Assembly: GCA_051532035.1 (NCBI GenBank)
Contig: JAOPTW010000015.1
Coordinates: 192,001-256,000, forward strand
Length of the DNA: 64,000 nucleotides
Origin: Fibrobacterales bacterium
Lineage (GTDB): Bacteria; Fibrobacterota; Fibrobacteria; Fibrobacterales; JAOPTW01
Reading direction: 5' to 3'
Shown here: in pieces, positions 30,830 to 41,875 of the stretch
Position numbering within the stretch: position 1 is the stretch's first letter
Layout: each line of letters starts with the position of its first letter
Made by a program: the position numbers and the translations under genes
Notes under the pieces: generated by a model
Told to the model about the DNA's origin: nothing
The model's database searches: none
What the model saw: the letters and a program-made list of their open reading frames with translations, nothing else

Positions 30830-31145
30830 AGTGTGTTTCCTCGATGTGTTGCGTGTTTCCGACTCTTATTAAGGTACTATAAAAACAAGGGGTAAAGCAG
30901 AGCTAAAGTATTACTCATAGTAAGGAAAGTCGTGGCATCTCAACAACACTCAATAGGGTAAATATAGGTTTTTTGACAAAATTCGCTCATTTGTAACAGT
31001 ATTATATCCTCTGTTAGGTGCGAATTTACATTGAATTTTAGATGTTTTGGTAAGAATTTTTGAAGAGTCAAATTTCTCTAAATCAAGTGAAGCTTTAATG
31101 TATCTTTCACTCTATAGAACCCCCATTAACAGCGGAATTTTGGCT

Positions 31146-32744
31146 ATGCGTGTACTCTTCTATTTCTTTAAAAACGTCCATATACCCCTCTTTTTACCCA
31201 TTATTAAAGAATTACACACAAAAAGCCCCCATATTACCCTCTTTTTTGCCGCACCTGACGATAATCCCGCAATAAGAGAAGGGCTCTCTCCTGATGAAAA
31301 AAAGGCACTTGCTTCTCTGCCTGGAACGTGGCTCAGCTCTGTTAATGAGCAACAGTGTGACATTGCCCTCATGGCTGATTGTGTTGCTGATCGTCTTACC
31401 GGGCACAAAAAGGTGATCAATATTGGCCACGGGCTTATATCAAAAGGGCAGTATTATTGCGATAACCCTTTAATTGGACGAGAAAACTTAGCTGATGTCA
31501 TGTGTGTCCCCGGCCCTTGGCACAAACAAGAGCTTGAAAAATATGTGTACATACCCATTGAGGTGACCGGTATGTCGAAGCTCGATGAGCTTTTTACACT
31601 TCTTGATAAGCCCGCTCTCTGTGCGACCCTTTCTCTCGATCCCAATCGTCCCATTTTTCTCTGGGCACCGACTTTTAATTTTGAACTGAGCGGTATACCC
31701 GTACTCTGGACTCAAATCAGAAAATTAACCGCAATCGGGCAAGTGGTCATTAAAACTCACGGAACGACTGACCCATTTTTTGTACGAGAACTCACGCACC
31801 TTGCGCAAGCACACACTGACATTCATTTCATCACCGACCTTGACCCTACCCCTCTTATGAAAATCGCGGACCTCATGATCACCGATGTGAGCTCGGTAAT
31901 GTTTGAGTTTGCCGCACTTGATAAACCCATCGTACTCGTAAACAATCCACACATGGAAGAATACAAAAATTACCGGCCGCAAGATGTGGAGTATACAAAG
32001 CGGGATATTGGACCGGTTATTACATCGGCAAAGGAACTTGTTCCCGTAGTTTCACAACAACTCCACCACCCTGAGCAGTTTAGAGAGAAACGGAAGGCTT
32101 GTACCCAAGAGATGTTTGCCGCGACAGATGGGAGAAATTGCGCGCGTATTGTGGATGTAATTGTGAAACACTTGCAACCCACTCTAGCCTCCCCCACCTA
32201 TTGCGTCATTATCAAGGAGGCTATTACTGAGGCGCAACTTAATGCCCTTAGACTACAACATCCAGAACCCGTCACACTCTTTTATCGTGCAACCTCAACA
32301 TCGGTCCCCGGCATTACTCTAGTTGCAGACACAGTAACCCTCATGCAAACACTTGCACAACAACCTGTTGAGTATGTATTACTCTATGAGCGTGCGTGCG
32401 AGCTTGTTGCCCCATGGAGTAAACAGCTCTTTGGTCAGCTTGAGAAAAAGCAAAACTGTCCTGATGTTGTTGGCGCATTAACGACCCAACAAAACCAAGG
32501 GGGCAGTTATTTCCAAAATTTTATGAAACTACAACAGTATCGCCCTCCAGCAGAGATGACTGTTCAACAGGTTGCCCATTTTTTACGCTATACAAATCCA
32601 GGTGAATTACATACGCTCTCAACTATAGATAGCCCTGTTTGGGCTGTCAAGAAAAATACTATTATTCAAAACAGTACTATTATAGATGCACCAAGTGAAG
32701 CTGCACGCTACGCCCTCTCTACTGACACTCTTGCTGTAGAGTAG
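31146..32744 (+). CDS. CDP-glycerol glycerophosphotransferase (TagF-like) family protein with a degenerate C-terminal domain
   Basis: IGHGLISKG, TGMSKLD, LWAPTFN, IKTHG, ADLMITDVSSVMFEF. Start moved from 31047 to ATG 31146. Confidence 0.8.
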   Translation: MRVLFYFFKNVHIPLFLPIIKELHTKSPHITLFFAAPDDNPAIREGLSPDEKKALASLPGTWLSSVNEQQCDIALMADCVADRLTGHKKVINIGHGLISKGQYYCDNPLIGRENLADVMCVPGPWHKQELEKYVYIPIEVTGMSKLDELFTLLDKPALCATLSLDPNRPIFLWAPTFNFELSGIPVLWTQIRKLTAIGQVVIKTHGTTDPFFVRELTHLAQAHTDIHFITDLDPTPLMKIADLMITDVSSVMFEFAALDKPIVLVNNPHMEEYKNYRPQDVEYTKRDIGPVITSAKELVPVVSQQLHHPEQFREKRKACTQEMFAATDGRNCARIVDVIVKHLQPTLASPTYCVIIKEAITEAQLNALRLQHPEPVTLFYRATSTSVPGITLVADTVTLMQTLAQQPVEYVLLYERACELVAPWSKQLFGQLEKKQNCPDVVGALTTQQNQGGSYFQNFMKLQQYRPPAEMTVQQVAHFLRYTNPGELHTLSTIDSPVWAVKKNTIIQNSTIIDAPSEAARYALSTDTLAVE

Positions 32745-32756
32745 CTTCACTCACCT

Positions 32757-34865
32757 TTAATTGAGCAAGTCTAAAACGTTTTGAGCTGCTTTGTTCGAAG
32801 TCAATGGCACAGGATCATTTTCTCCTGAACTCGTATGATCACGTTGTTGTGGAACTCTCTGTAATGCTTTAAGCATCTCTTCTTTTGCTTCGTACAACAC
32901 CCCCCACACCCCAGGTCCTCCCCCAAGATTTTTAATGGTTGAGACAATTGTGCTTAAACTATCCCAGTCACCGATATAATCATTCTTTACGGTATCCTTT
33001 AAGAGAGAAACACCAAACTCAATGCTACCCTTCTCAATGAGCATCTTACCTATCCGCGCCTTAATCACATCTGATGAAAGCCGCTCTAACACTGTATTTA
33101 CGGCATCTTCCGGGAGGAGCTCAGGGGATTGAAAAATCTTGGGAAGAATAGAGAGTAAAGATTGCGTCAATTCAGCACTCGTGGTATACGTAAGTAACCC
33201 TTCGCCTACCATTGTATTGAGACGACCAAACTCATCTTTCCAATTTGGACTTGCCTGCAAACGGGTCAATCCCTCCTGAGACAGGATAAAATAATCACTG
33301 GTAACATCAACGGAACAAGGAGAAGTATTTAATCCATTCTTTGAGAGTAACCTAAAAGCAACTTGCTCAATATCATTTTCGAGTTCTTGATCAAATCGCC
33401 CGTATTGCTGCCAATACCGCGCACTTGACTCTTCGCTCGAGCACCCATACAATAGTGCCAGACTTGTATTTTGTTTAAAAATTTCATGGGCAAAATAGAA
33501 CGGGTTTCGGAATACCATGGACCACGGGGAGAGGTACACAATATAATCACCTTTTGCCTGTTTTGCCCCTACCTTCCAAGCCTCGAGAGAGTCGTCTGTT
33601 GCGTGCACTACTCCTTCACTCCGGACAAATCCGAGGTTCTTGGCACAGAGTAAAGCACTCTCAATAGCAGGTGACATTTCTGCAACAACAACAATGAGCT
33701 CAATTGCCATCGATGTTTGTTGCCATAGTTGCACTATTCGTCGTTCAAAAAATTCTTCGCCCGGTTTGACAGGAATTACAACCGAAAAGAGTGGCGACTG
33801 ATTTGCCATGGGAATGTCGCATAATTTTCGACATTCATTCCATACATTTTCTGAAGCGCTACCGCCTGTGCTCCCCATGAGTTGAGCACCATAGACACGT
33901 CGAAGAGGCTCCTTCTCACCTGGGAATTGCAACGCCCGATCAACACTCTGTTTTACCTCATCAATCGTAGTACAGCGATAGCCAAACTCTCGCCACGCAT
34001 ACTCAATTTCACTTGGATTATAGCTATGATACAAACCCCAATCAGGTGAATCAAAAAGTACCACTGGTATATTAAGTGCCATCGCCTCCATCATAGTACT
34101 CGACACATCAGAAATGACAACATCTGCAATAGAAAGCCATGGAGTAATGTCTCCATCATTTACAACAGTGAGTCCTTGATACTGAGAAGCCATCTTACGG
34201 AACAGAGTAAAAAAATGCTGTGGCGTTGAACCATGAAGCTTAATGCATATTTCTCGATCATCTGCAATGAGTTTAAAAAGTTCACTCCCAATATATCCAT
34301 TTGCACTAAGTACCTGATTAAAGGTAGGTGCATAGAGTACAATTTTTTTAGCCACCTCTATGCCATACTTTTCACACACACTTTTTTTATCGTAGGCTTT
34401 ATTAAACGCGGGATCTAATTTGGGCATCCCTGTAGGAACTACTGACGTCGTGAGAAGTGAACTCAACAATGTATGGGCATAGGGGCCTGGCACACAGAGC
34501 ATGTCCACAAAATTTTCACGGCCGATCCAAATTGAATCTGTAAAATAAAATCCTTTGGATATTGTGCCATGACCAACGCCAACTACTTTGCCACACCCTC
34601 TTACCTTGCCCCCTATGGAGTCGGCAATAAAGGTTACATCTACGTTATACTCATCGGGTCTTCTGCAAAAGGTTACTGAGTCGTATGAGAGTATTTCATC
34701 ACAGACATTTTTTGAAAGGTCATTACCCATGAGAAAGTAAAGATGCGGGACACAGAATATTATCTTTTCTACATCTTCACGGTTTGAGAGGTAGTGGTAG
34801 AGTTCTTTGAACATTGACCAGTGGACGTTTTTTAGGATGTAGAATTGGATTGTGTATTTTTTCAT
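32757..34865 (-). CDS. TagF-like family protein fused to a degenerate GT2-like domain
   Basis: VGHGTISKG, TGMPKLD, LYAPTFN, IKLHG, ADVVISDVSS; followed by PLFSVVIPV...AKGDYIVYL. Confidence 0.8.
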   Translation of the reverse strand: MKKYTIQFYILKNVHWSMFKELYHYLSNREDVEKIIFCVPHLYFLMGNDLSKNVCDEILSYDSVTFCRRPDEYNVDVTFIADSIGGKVRGCGKVVGVGHGTISKGFYFTDSIWIGRENFVDMLCVPGPYAHTLLSSLLTTSVVPTGMPKLDPAFNKAYDKKSVCEKYGIEVAKKIVLYAPTFNQVLSANGYIGSELFKLIADDREICIKLHGSTPQHFFTLFRKMASQYQGLTVVNDGDITPWLSIADVVISDVSSTMMEAMALNIPVVLFDSPDWGLYHSYNPSEIEYAWREFGYRCTTIDEVKQSVDRALQFPGEKEPLRRVYGAQLMGSTGGSASENVWNECRKLCDIPMANQSPLFSVVIPVKPGEEFFERRIVQLWQQTSMAIELIVVVAEMSPAIESALLCAKNLGFVRSEGVVHATDDSLEAWKVGAKQAKGDYIVYLSPWSMVFRNPFYFAHEIFKQNTSLALLYGCSSEESSARYWQQYGRFDQELENDIEQVAFRLLSKNGLNTSPCSVDVTSDYFILSQEGLTRLQASPNWKDEFGRLNTMVGEGLLTYTTSAELTQSLLSILPKIFQSPELLPEDAVNTVLERLSSDVIKARIGKMLIEKGSIEFGVSLLKDTVKNDYIGDWDSLSTIVSTIKNLGGGPGVWGVLYEAKEEMLKALQRVPQQRDHTSSGENDPVPLTSNKAAQNVLDLLN

Positions 34866-35008
34866 TTTTTTAATCCATATAAAAATTTCGTCGAAAAATT
34901 ATTTGGTTGATCATTATCTATTAGCTGTAATTTACGTTCAAGTTCTGGGAGGTTTATTTTTTCTGCTAGCATAGCCGAATAATTATAATACTACAGTCGA
35001 AGGTATTC

Positions 35009-38000
35009 TCATCCCCCTCTCACCGATTGTGAAATAAGTTTAGAATAGATCGAAATATATTCACTTGCATTATCATATATTGTTTTCACTTTTGGAACTG
35101 CCTGTTTCATATGCTCTATCAACTCAGGGTCATCTACAACCACCTGTAATACCCGAGCAAGACTTTCTATAGATCCATTTTCAAAAAGCCAGCCATTAAC
35201 TCCATTATCAACCATCTCTGGAACCCCTCCCGTATCTGACGCAACTACAGGAGTATTTTGACTAAACGCCTCTTGTACTGATAAAGGGGCATTATCCATC
35301 AACGAAGGAATTACGGCAAGGTCAATTCTTGAAAAGATATCAGAAATCATTTCTGGCGTATATTTACCATGCCAAATTATGTTGGAACATGACATTGTCG
35401 ATTGCTTCAATATTTCCCAATATTCAATTTCTGCTCCCCCACCATATATATGCAGCTCTACATTTGGCGATTTCAGTAGTAAAAATGCGTCTATCAATAT
35501 ATGAACGCCTTTACGCTGTATTATTTGCCCTGCATAGCCTATACGCAATTTCATGTCTGGTTTTTTTGTCATCACCGGAAAAAGCTGATGTCCATTTGAC
35601 AAATAGTCTACTCCTGTAAACCCATACTTATCAAATTTATTTATTAAGTACATACTGGGGGCAACCTTTACATCTATCTGCTGAAAACGCTTGTGAAATG
35701 TTTTTTTCCGTTCACCATGATATGTAGTTAACTCATCTACAAAACTGGGCTTATGCATATTGCCAAATTGTTTGCCATAGCAATTCGCACACTTTTCTAT
35801 TGATTCGGGGCCTTCACAAATCTCACGGTCAGGTGTCGTTATATGCCAATTGGAACAAATAAACCAAAAATCATGTAACGTCATCACCATAGGGATCTTG
35901 GCAACCTTTATAACATCTATCGGCGCAGTAGAAATCTGTCCTAACCCATGAATATGTACCAAATCATAATTTTGCTTTTTTAAAAAATTCTGAAATATTA
36001 AACGTACTTCAGGGTGATCTAGATATCGGCTACCATATGCCAACTGCTCTTTGTTTATACGATAAACAGTTATTCCTTCAAGATCATGTTGAGTCAATTC
36101 AAACTTATTACTTTCCCCTCTAAATGTAGGGTGTAAAATATCAACTACCATCTCCCCCGTTGCATTCATAATTTTTGCAAGATTAAGAGCAAAAAGTTGA
36201 GCACCTGCATATCTAAATGGGGGGAAATCATGACAAACAAATAGTATCCGAAGGTTCTCATTTGATGGCTTTATAGCTACTGATTGCCCTACTTCGGTCA
36301 ATCTTCTTTTATGGCACAATGACAAAAATGAACCTAAATCCTGAGTTTTTGGTTTCCAATCCATATTGTTTTCGGCATATTGCCGCATATTGGCAGTTAC
36401 ATTTTTCTCAGTTCTGAGTTTCTCGGCAAATCTTACGACCTCTGAGAAATCTATTGGATCATCTGTCGCCACAACCTGTAAAACATAAGGAAGGTCAACC
36501 GACACGTCAACATCCTGATATCCTAATACAAATGGAATTCCCCGGGCCATATACTCGCGTACTTTGAGAGTACTACCATCATCCAAATCAATTCTATGAA
36601 GTGCCAAACTACCAATAGCAATATCTGATTCATTAATAAACGTTTCGATCTGTTGAGCCCCCACCCAACCAGTAAACGTGACCTGATTTGAAAGCCCCGC
36701 TTGCCTTACCATCTGTTTAATTCCATCAAGCAGTTGCCCATCTCCGGCAACAATGAGTTCGAATGCATTCCTCCCAGGAAAGCGCGCCCACCCAGCTATC
36801 AACCTATCAAGACCATGCCAGGAAGCTAAAGCCCCTACAAATACAAGTTTAATTTTTTCACGATTTAACTTTAGTAGATTACTTCGCACCGGAAATTCAC
36901 TCACATTTATGCCATTGCCCATTAGGTGACCCTGCGAATGAGCGATATCCCCCCGTTGCAAATCATATTTCATGATGCAATTTGAAACACCAACAATCCC
37001 GAGAGCATGATGTAAAATCTGTGGGCCAAATATTTTTTCGGCCGCTGCATGATTCAAATAATTCTGAAGAATAAGCTCTTTATCTTTTTTTGTTTGAGAT
37101 TCAAATACAAAATTCCCATGTTTTTTTACTAGTGTAGTAAATTCAGCTGTAGCCATTTCACGGCCCTGATAGCGAAAATAAATAACATCTGGTTGTGCGA
37201 CTTGAAGCAACCTATCCAAATCTGAAACAATCTCAAGTCGAGGGCGATTTTCGTAGTCAAAATGAGTAAAAATTATTTCTGGGAATTGCGCCCAATCAAT
37301 GTCACCCTTATCGGCTCCAATAACCAATCCCTGTGCATCGTAACCCGCATTGCGAAGTCCTATTATTTCAGACTGCATTTTTTTAAAAATTTGTGGAAAA
37401 TTACTATGCAATATACCCGAAACAATTATCCTGAGCTTCTTTCGAGTACCATTTTCACTGATAGCATTCTCTAAGGGGCCCTCAATCTCTGCAAGCAAAT
37501 CATTTGCACCTTTGTGATCAGGACAACTTTTAAGTAATTCTACCATTACTTCAATTGCTCGATCTGTTTGTCCCAACTTCCAAAAGTTACGGCTTAAAAG
37601 TACATATGCATCCCAATAATTAGGCTTCTCTCTTACCATCAACATTATCTGATCAATTGAACTGGAATAGTCCCCTTTTTTATATGTCAAATAAGGTTCA
37701 CGCAAAAGACCATCATTAATATGATCTACTTCATTTATTGAATTTTCAGTAACCGTATTATACAACTGCTGAATAATTTTTTGTGCAGCAGTTCCTCCCC
37801 CATAAAAATCAGTACTAAAATCAAGCTGTTTATTTATCATTTCTTTATAGGAACAAATTATAGATTCTCTATCTGCACCAGCCAAAGAGTTGTACCCCCC
37901 TTCAACCAGCTCTGTCCACTCTGTCTCATCACGCAATGTGACACAAGGTTTTTTAAAAAAATACGCTTCTTTCTGTAACCCTCCACTATCGGTCATAACC

Positions 38001-38809
38001 ATTGAACACTTTTTCAATAGATCAATCATCACAAGGTATCCTACAGGATCGATCACCATACAGTCTAATGTAATTTCATTATCCTGTATGATTTTCTGAG
38101 TTCTCGGATGCAAAGGAAGTATAACTGGACATTCATTATTTAATTCATTTAATGCTGCAACTATATTATTTAACCGATCAATATCATCAGTATTTTCTGC
38201 TCGATGCATAGTTGCCAAAATAAATTTATCAGGTATCTGCCCCTGTAGGCGAGTAGCATACTGGCTGTAATAAAGCGCCGCATCCTGCATCACATCGCCA
38301 CTATTGACAATAGTAGCGTCAATATTTTCAAACCCCTCTTTCATCAGGTTACTCATCGCTTGTTCGGTAGGGCATAATAACAAGTCCGAGATGCGATCGG
38401 TCAAAATCCGATTTACCTCTTCGGGCATTTTCATATTGAAACTTCTTAATCCAGCTTCGACATGGGCAACTCGTATATGCATTTTTTTGGCAGCTAGGGC
38501 TCCAGCAATTGTTGAGTTAGTGTCTCCATATACAACGACCCAATCAGGTTTTTCGATTAGAAGTACTTCCTCGATTTTCTCAAGCATTTGCCCAGTCATT
38601 GCACCGTGGGCAAGGCCATGTACCCCCAGATTATATTGAGGGCGTGGGATTTTCATTTCCTCAAAAAAGATATCCGACATATTAGAATCATAGTGCTGTC
38701 CTGTATGTACTATGATTTCTCTAATACTCTCATGATTAGCTATTTCTCTACTTACAGCAGCTGCTTTTATAAATTGAGGGCGGGCCCCAACTATTGTTAC
38801 AATTTTCAT
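35009..38809 (-). CDS. wecB: Fusion of non-hydrolysing UDP-GlcNAc 2-epimerase, TPR and two GT4 domains
   Basis: MKIVTIVGARPQFIK, HTGQHYD, HVEAGLRS, TDSGGLQKEA; TPR-like helices; LKVREYMARG; PSLMDNAPLSVQEA. Start ATG 38809 after AGGA. Confidence 0.88.
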   Translation of the reverse strand: MKIVTIVGARPQFIKAAAVSREIANHESIREIIVHTGQHYDSNMSDIFFEEMKIPRPQYNLGVHGLAHGAMTGQMLEKIEEVLLIEKPDWVVVYGDTNSTIAGALAAKKMHIRVAHVEAGLRSFNMKMPEEVNRILTDRISDLLLCPTEQAMSNLMKEGFENIDATIVNSGDVMQDAALYYSQYATRLQGQIPDKFILATMHRAENTDDIDRLNNIVAALNELNNECPVILPLHPRTQKIIQDNEITLDCMVIDPVGYLVMIDLLKKCSMVMTDSGGLQKEAYFFKKPCVTLRDETEWTELVEGGYNSLAGADRESIICSYKEMINKQLDFSTDFYGGGTAAQKIIQQLYNTVTENSINEVDHINDGLLREPYLTYKKGDYSSSIDQIMLMVREKPNYWDAYVLLSRNFWKLGQTDRAIEVMVELLKSCPDHKGANDLLAEIEGPLENAISENGTRKKLRIIVSGILHSNFPQIFKKMQSEIIGLRNAGYDAQGLVIGADKGDIDWAQFPEIIFTHFDYENRPRLEIVSDLDRLLQVAQPDVIYFRYQGREMATAEFTTLVKKHGNFVFESQTKKDKELILQNYLNHAAAEKIFGPQILHHALGIVGVSNCIMKYDLQRGDIAHSQGHLMGNGINVSEFPVRSNLLKLNREKIKLVFVGALASWHGLDRLIAGWARFPGRNAFELIVAGDGQLLDGIKQMVRQAGLSNQVTFTGWVGAQQIETFINESDIAIGSLALHRIDLDDGSTLKVREYMARGIPFVLGYQDVDVSVDLPYVLQVVATDDPIDFSEVVRFAEKLRTEKNVTANMRQYAENNMDWKPKTQDLGSFLSLCHKRRLTEVGQSVAIKPSNENLRILFVCHDFPPFRYAGAQLFALNLAKIMNATGEMVVDILHPTFRGESNKFELTQHDLEGITVYRINKEQLAYGSRYLDHPEVRLIFQNFLKKQNYDLVHIHGLGQISTAPIDVIKVAKIPMVMTLHDFWFICSNWHITTPDREICEGPESIEKCANCYGKQFGNMHKPSFVDELTTYHGERKKTFHKRFQQIDVKVAPSMYLINKFDKYGFTGVDYLSNGHQLFPVMTKKPDMKLRIGYAGQIIQRKGVHILIDAFLLLKSPNVELHIYGGGAEIEYWEILKQSTMSCSNIIWHGKYTPEMISDIFSRIDLAVIPSLMDNAPLSVQEAFSQNTPVVASDTGGVPEMVDNGVNGWLFENGSIESLARVLQVVVDDPELIEHMKQAVPKVKTIYDNASEYISIYSKLISQSVRGG

Positions 38810-38911
38810 CTTAGTCCTGTATTTGTTATCAATACACCACATAACCCTTACTAACAGTTAAGGAAATTTGAATAACATAAAAAATCTACATCGGTACTGT
38901 TTTTTTACTCA

Positions 38912-40234
38912 TTACCTCGGATTGTCACCTGAGTTTATTTTTTTTTCAAGTTCATCAAGTTTCACCGACTCCTTTAGCAACTGGAATTCGTGATAATCAG
39001 GATACTTCCTTAAAGCTTCATTTAAGGCCTGAACAACCTTAGGTAAATATTCACACTGAATTGCAGCCATAACAACATACTTATAAAACAATAGTTCAAA
39101 GGTTATATCGTCAGGTCGATCAAAAATACTGTTAATTGTTCTATATGCCCTTAAATAATCCTGATTATCATACGCCAACACTCCTTGTGTAAGCAGAGCC
39201 CATGGTCGAGCACGGTCATCATATTTTGATTCTTCAGAGCAATCCAATGCACAGTCTGTAAATAATTCCAATAGCTCTTGAGGATATTCATATTGCGAAC
39301 AAAGCATATAACAGAAGCCTAGTTGAGATACTTGAAATTCAGACGGTATATTGTGAGTTCCCAAAAGTGATTTACTCTTAGAAACTAACTTTTCACAACG
39401 CTGGTAATTAGTATGAGATGTTGCCAATTTCATTTGACCTCTCAATGCAATTGCTTCTGCTTGATCTTCATGGGAAAGAAAATAATGAATACTTTCAACC
39501 AAATCATCAACTGTAGAATACTGAACAAAGTCCATACCTTGTATAAGAACCTGTTCACCGGTACATTTTCTACTCACTGCTAAGCACCCGCTATAGACGA
39601 TATTATATAACTCAGGCGTGAATAGAGGATTGACCGGGAGATACAGTGCAATTTTAGCCTCACCATAAAACCGAGAACTCATACCAACACATTCAACCGT
39701 TACACCCTTTTTTTTAAGAGCTTCAATTACTTCAAACGCATAAGGATTCTTATCCTGAGTGTATCCCCCAACAAAAACAACTTCTCTATGCCTCTCTGAA
39801 AAAGGGATATCTTTCCGCGCAATCCACTCAGATGTAGCCATTGGTAAGTGTCCTACTTGATCAATGGGGAGCTTAAAAAGTGACATATCTACCTGATTTT
39901 TACAATATACCACATCAAATAATTCTGCAAAATATTTTGTCCAAAGATATTTAGTAGGCTCATTGGAAATAAATATTTTTGGAATTGGCATTTTCTCAAT
40001 TCCTAAAAACAATAATGGCCTTGAGTCTTCTACTTGTATAAATATGTCAGGCTTAAATTGATTAACGTGCTCTAGCAGCTTTTCATTTGCACTTCTTGGG
40101 GTATCAAAAAAATCTACTACAATATCATCTTCATGTTTAGGAGTGAGACCTAGCCTAAAAAGTGCTATCACCCTATGACCAAGGTTACGTAAACCAACAT
40201 TATATACATGCGCATTTAACGTGAGAAATGTCAT
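38912..40234 (-). CDS. CgeB-like (GT-B) glycosyltransferase-family protein with TPR-like C-terminus
   Basis: HLPMA, EVVFVG, DDLVESIHYFLSHEDQAEAIALRG...HT; helical tail EALRKYPDY. Confidence 0.6.
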   Translation of the reverse strand: MTFLTLNAHVYNVGLRNLGHRVIALFRLGLTPKHEDDIVVDFFDTPRSANEKLLEHVNQFKPDIFIQVEDSRPLLFLGIEKMPIPKIFISNEPTKYLWTKYFAELFDVVYCKNQVDMSLFKLPIDQVGHLPMATSEWIARKDIPFSERHREVVFVGGYTQDKNPYAFEVIEALKKKGVTVECVGMSSRFYGEAKIALYLPVNPLFTPELYNIVYSGCLAVSRKCTGEQVLIQGMDFVQYSTVDDLVESIHYFLSHEDQAEAIALRGQMKLATSHTNYQRCEKLVSKSKSLLGTHNIPSEFQVSQLGFCYMLCSQYEYPQELLELFTDCALDCSEESKYDDRARPWALLTQGVLAYDNQDYLRAYRTINSIFDRPDDITFELLFYKYVVMAAIQCEYLPKVVQALNEALRKYPDYHEFQLLKESVKLDELEKKINSGDNPR

Positions 40235-40453
40235 TTACCTGTCAATCCTTCAAATAAGTTTCTACTAGGTACATCTACCAAAACCTAAACATTACATCCT
40301 ACTGTACTTCTTGAAAAAAACCACCTTTTCAAGAATATACCAAAAGGAAATATAACATATCTAGTGTGTAAAATGGCTATTTATGCCGTTTACCTCCTAT
40401 CAAAAAAGACACCATATGTATTCTCAGAATTAAGACGTACTACAATTAATTTA

Positions 40454-41875
40454 CTATTGATATCGTGGAGGCTGTCTCATTGTTAAGATTTTTTGTCTCA
40501 TTGCAATTATCTGGTTAGTTAATACCGTGTTAGATGCGGAATTATAAATAGAAAGAAAGGTAATACACTTATCTATAAGCCCTATAGCCTCACTTGACAC
40601 GCCTTCAACTACAAGTTTTTCAACAATATTTAATAACTGTTCAATCTTGTTCGCAGGCATATATTCCTTAAAAAAGTCTGTTTCGGTATCAAGAATTGTC
40701 GACCTTTCATTATCGATTCGTATTAATTCATCTGCAACTCTTCTGCATGGTTTATACTCTTCAAGTTGCCCCACATCAAGTCCAAAATAAGACTGTAGAA
40801 ACTCTCTTTGCTCTTGAGAATACGGCTTTACTCTCAGATTCTCTTTAATTTTTGATGCAACATCTTTTATACTCACACTATAATCGCTTCTAAAAAAAGC
40901 TTCTACTGGAGTAGCAATTTCTTCTACCAAAACCGCTGGCACATTCATAATCTTCGCTTCAATTGCTGAAGTCGAACCATAATGAACCAGTACTGCAGCT
41001 GTCGGTAACAACTGATCCATCGTAACATCCTTATTCGCAATAATGATATTATCATATTCCTTTTCTAACTCTTTGAACTCTTCAAAGAGCATTGGGCAAC
41101 GAGAATACTCTACAGGATGCAGCTTTATAGTAACGAGTTTTTCAGGGTTTTCAATTGCAATTTCTTTAACCATTTTTTTAAATTGCTTAACTTGAGATCT
41201 ATGGTTTTTCAAAACCCTGAAAAATGTATAGAAGTCATTTTCTGCAGTTTCAGCATTAATTACATCTGAATAACTAAAGATGTGTTTGATACTATTTTCA
41301 GCATAGGCAAATGCACTTACACAGATAATATTATCTCTCATTCCCTTGACCTTCTCACTTTTTTTTGATAAGTGAACCCATTTTTCAAATAATGGATTTC
41401 CTACTGCAATAATTTGATCTTGAGACCTCAGCAATTTCTCTCGTATAAGGATCTGATCAGCATATCCCTTTTGGACAGCTCCCCAATGAAACGCAAAAGA
41501 GACCAAAGAAGTATCATGCTTTGTTACTCGAATAAATGCTCTCTGTAACTGCTCTGTATTGCCATTTTGCCACAATATCAAACCTTCTGGCGGTATTGTC
41601 ACAATATGACACTCCGTTACAAATTTTATGAAATATGCTATTTGTGCACAATGGGGTACAAAAACAGGAGACATCAATATTGTTGACGGATTAAATTTGA
41701 CAAGTTTCAGAGGTAAATCTTCATCAAGTATTGTTGCCAGTATTACTACACATCCTGACTGCTCTAAATATCCTTGAATTCTTTCAGAATATTCTTTTTC
41801 TCGTGTTGCATAGGTCATCAATATGGCAATTCTTTTTTGAGGTACACTCATACTAAATCCTCCATACTCCCCCAT
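40454..41875 (-). CDS. Surface carbohydrate biosynthesis protein (GT-B-like)
   Basis: REKE, PEG, HWG, VGNPLFE, IKLHPVE, HYGSTSAIEA. The start may be 41851. Confidence 0.6.
   Translation of the reverse strand: MGEYGGFSMSVPQKRIAILMTYATREKEYSERIQGYLEQSGCVVILATILDEDLPLKLVKFNPSTILMSPVFVPHCAQIAYFIKFVTECHIVTIPPEGLILWQNGNTEQLQRAFIRVTKHDTSLVSFAFHWGAVQKGYADQILIREKLLRSQDQIIAVGNPLFEKWVHLSKKSEKVKGMRDNIICVSAFAYAENSIKHIFSYSDVINAETAENDFYTFFRVLKNHRSQVKQFKKMVKEIAIENPEKLVTIKLHPVEYSRCPMLFEEFKELEKEYDNIIIANKDVTMDQLLPTAAVLVHYGSTSAIEAKIMNVPAVLVEEIATPVEAFFRSDYSVSIKDVASKIKENLRVKPYSQEQREFLQSYFGLDVGQLEEYKPCRRVADELIRIDNERSTILDTETDFFKEYMPANKIEQLLNIVEKLVVEGVSSEAIGLIDKCITFLSIYNSASNTVLTNQIIAMRQKILTMRQPPRYQ

Noticed and set aside
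33857..33866. ops-like GGCGGTAGCG on the minus strand
   Set aside because: It lies mid-CDS encoding Gly-Gly-Ser-Ala rather than in an operon leader; I saw none upstream of wza.
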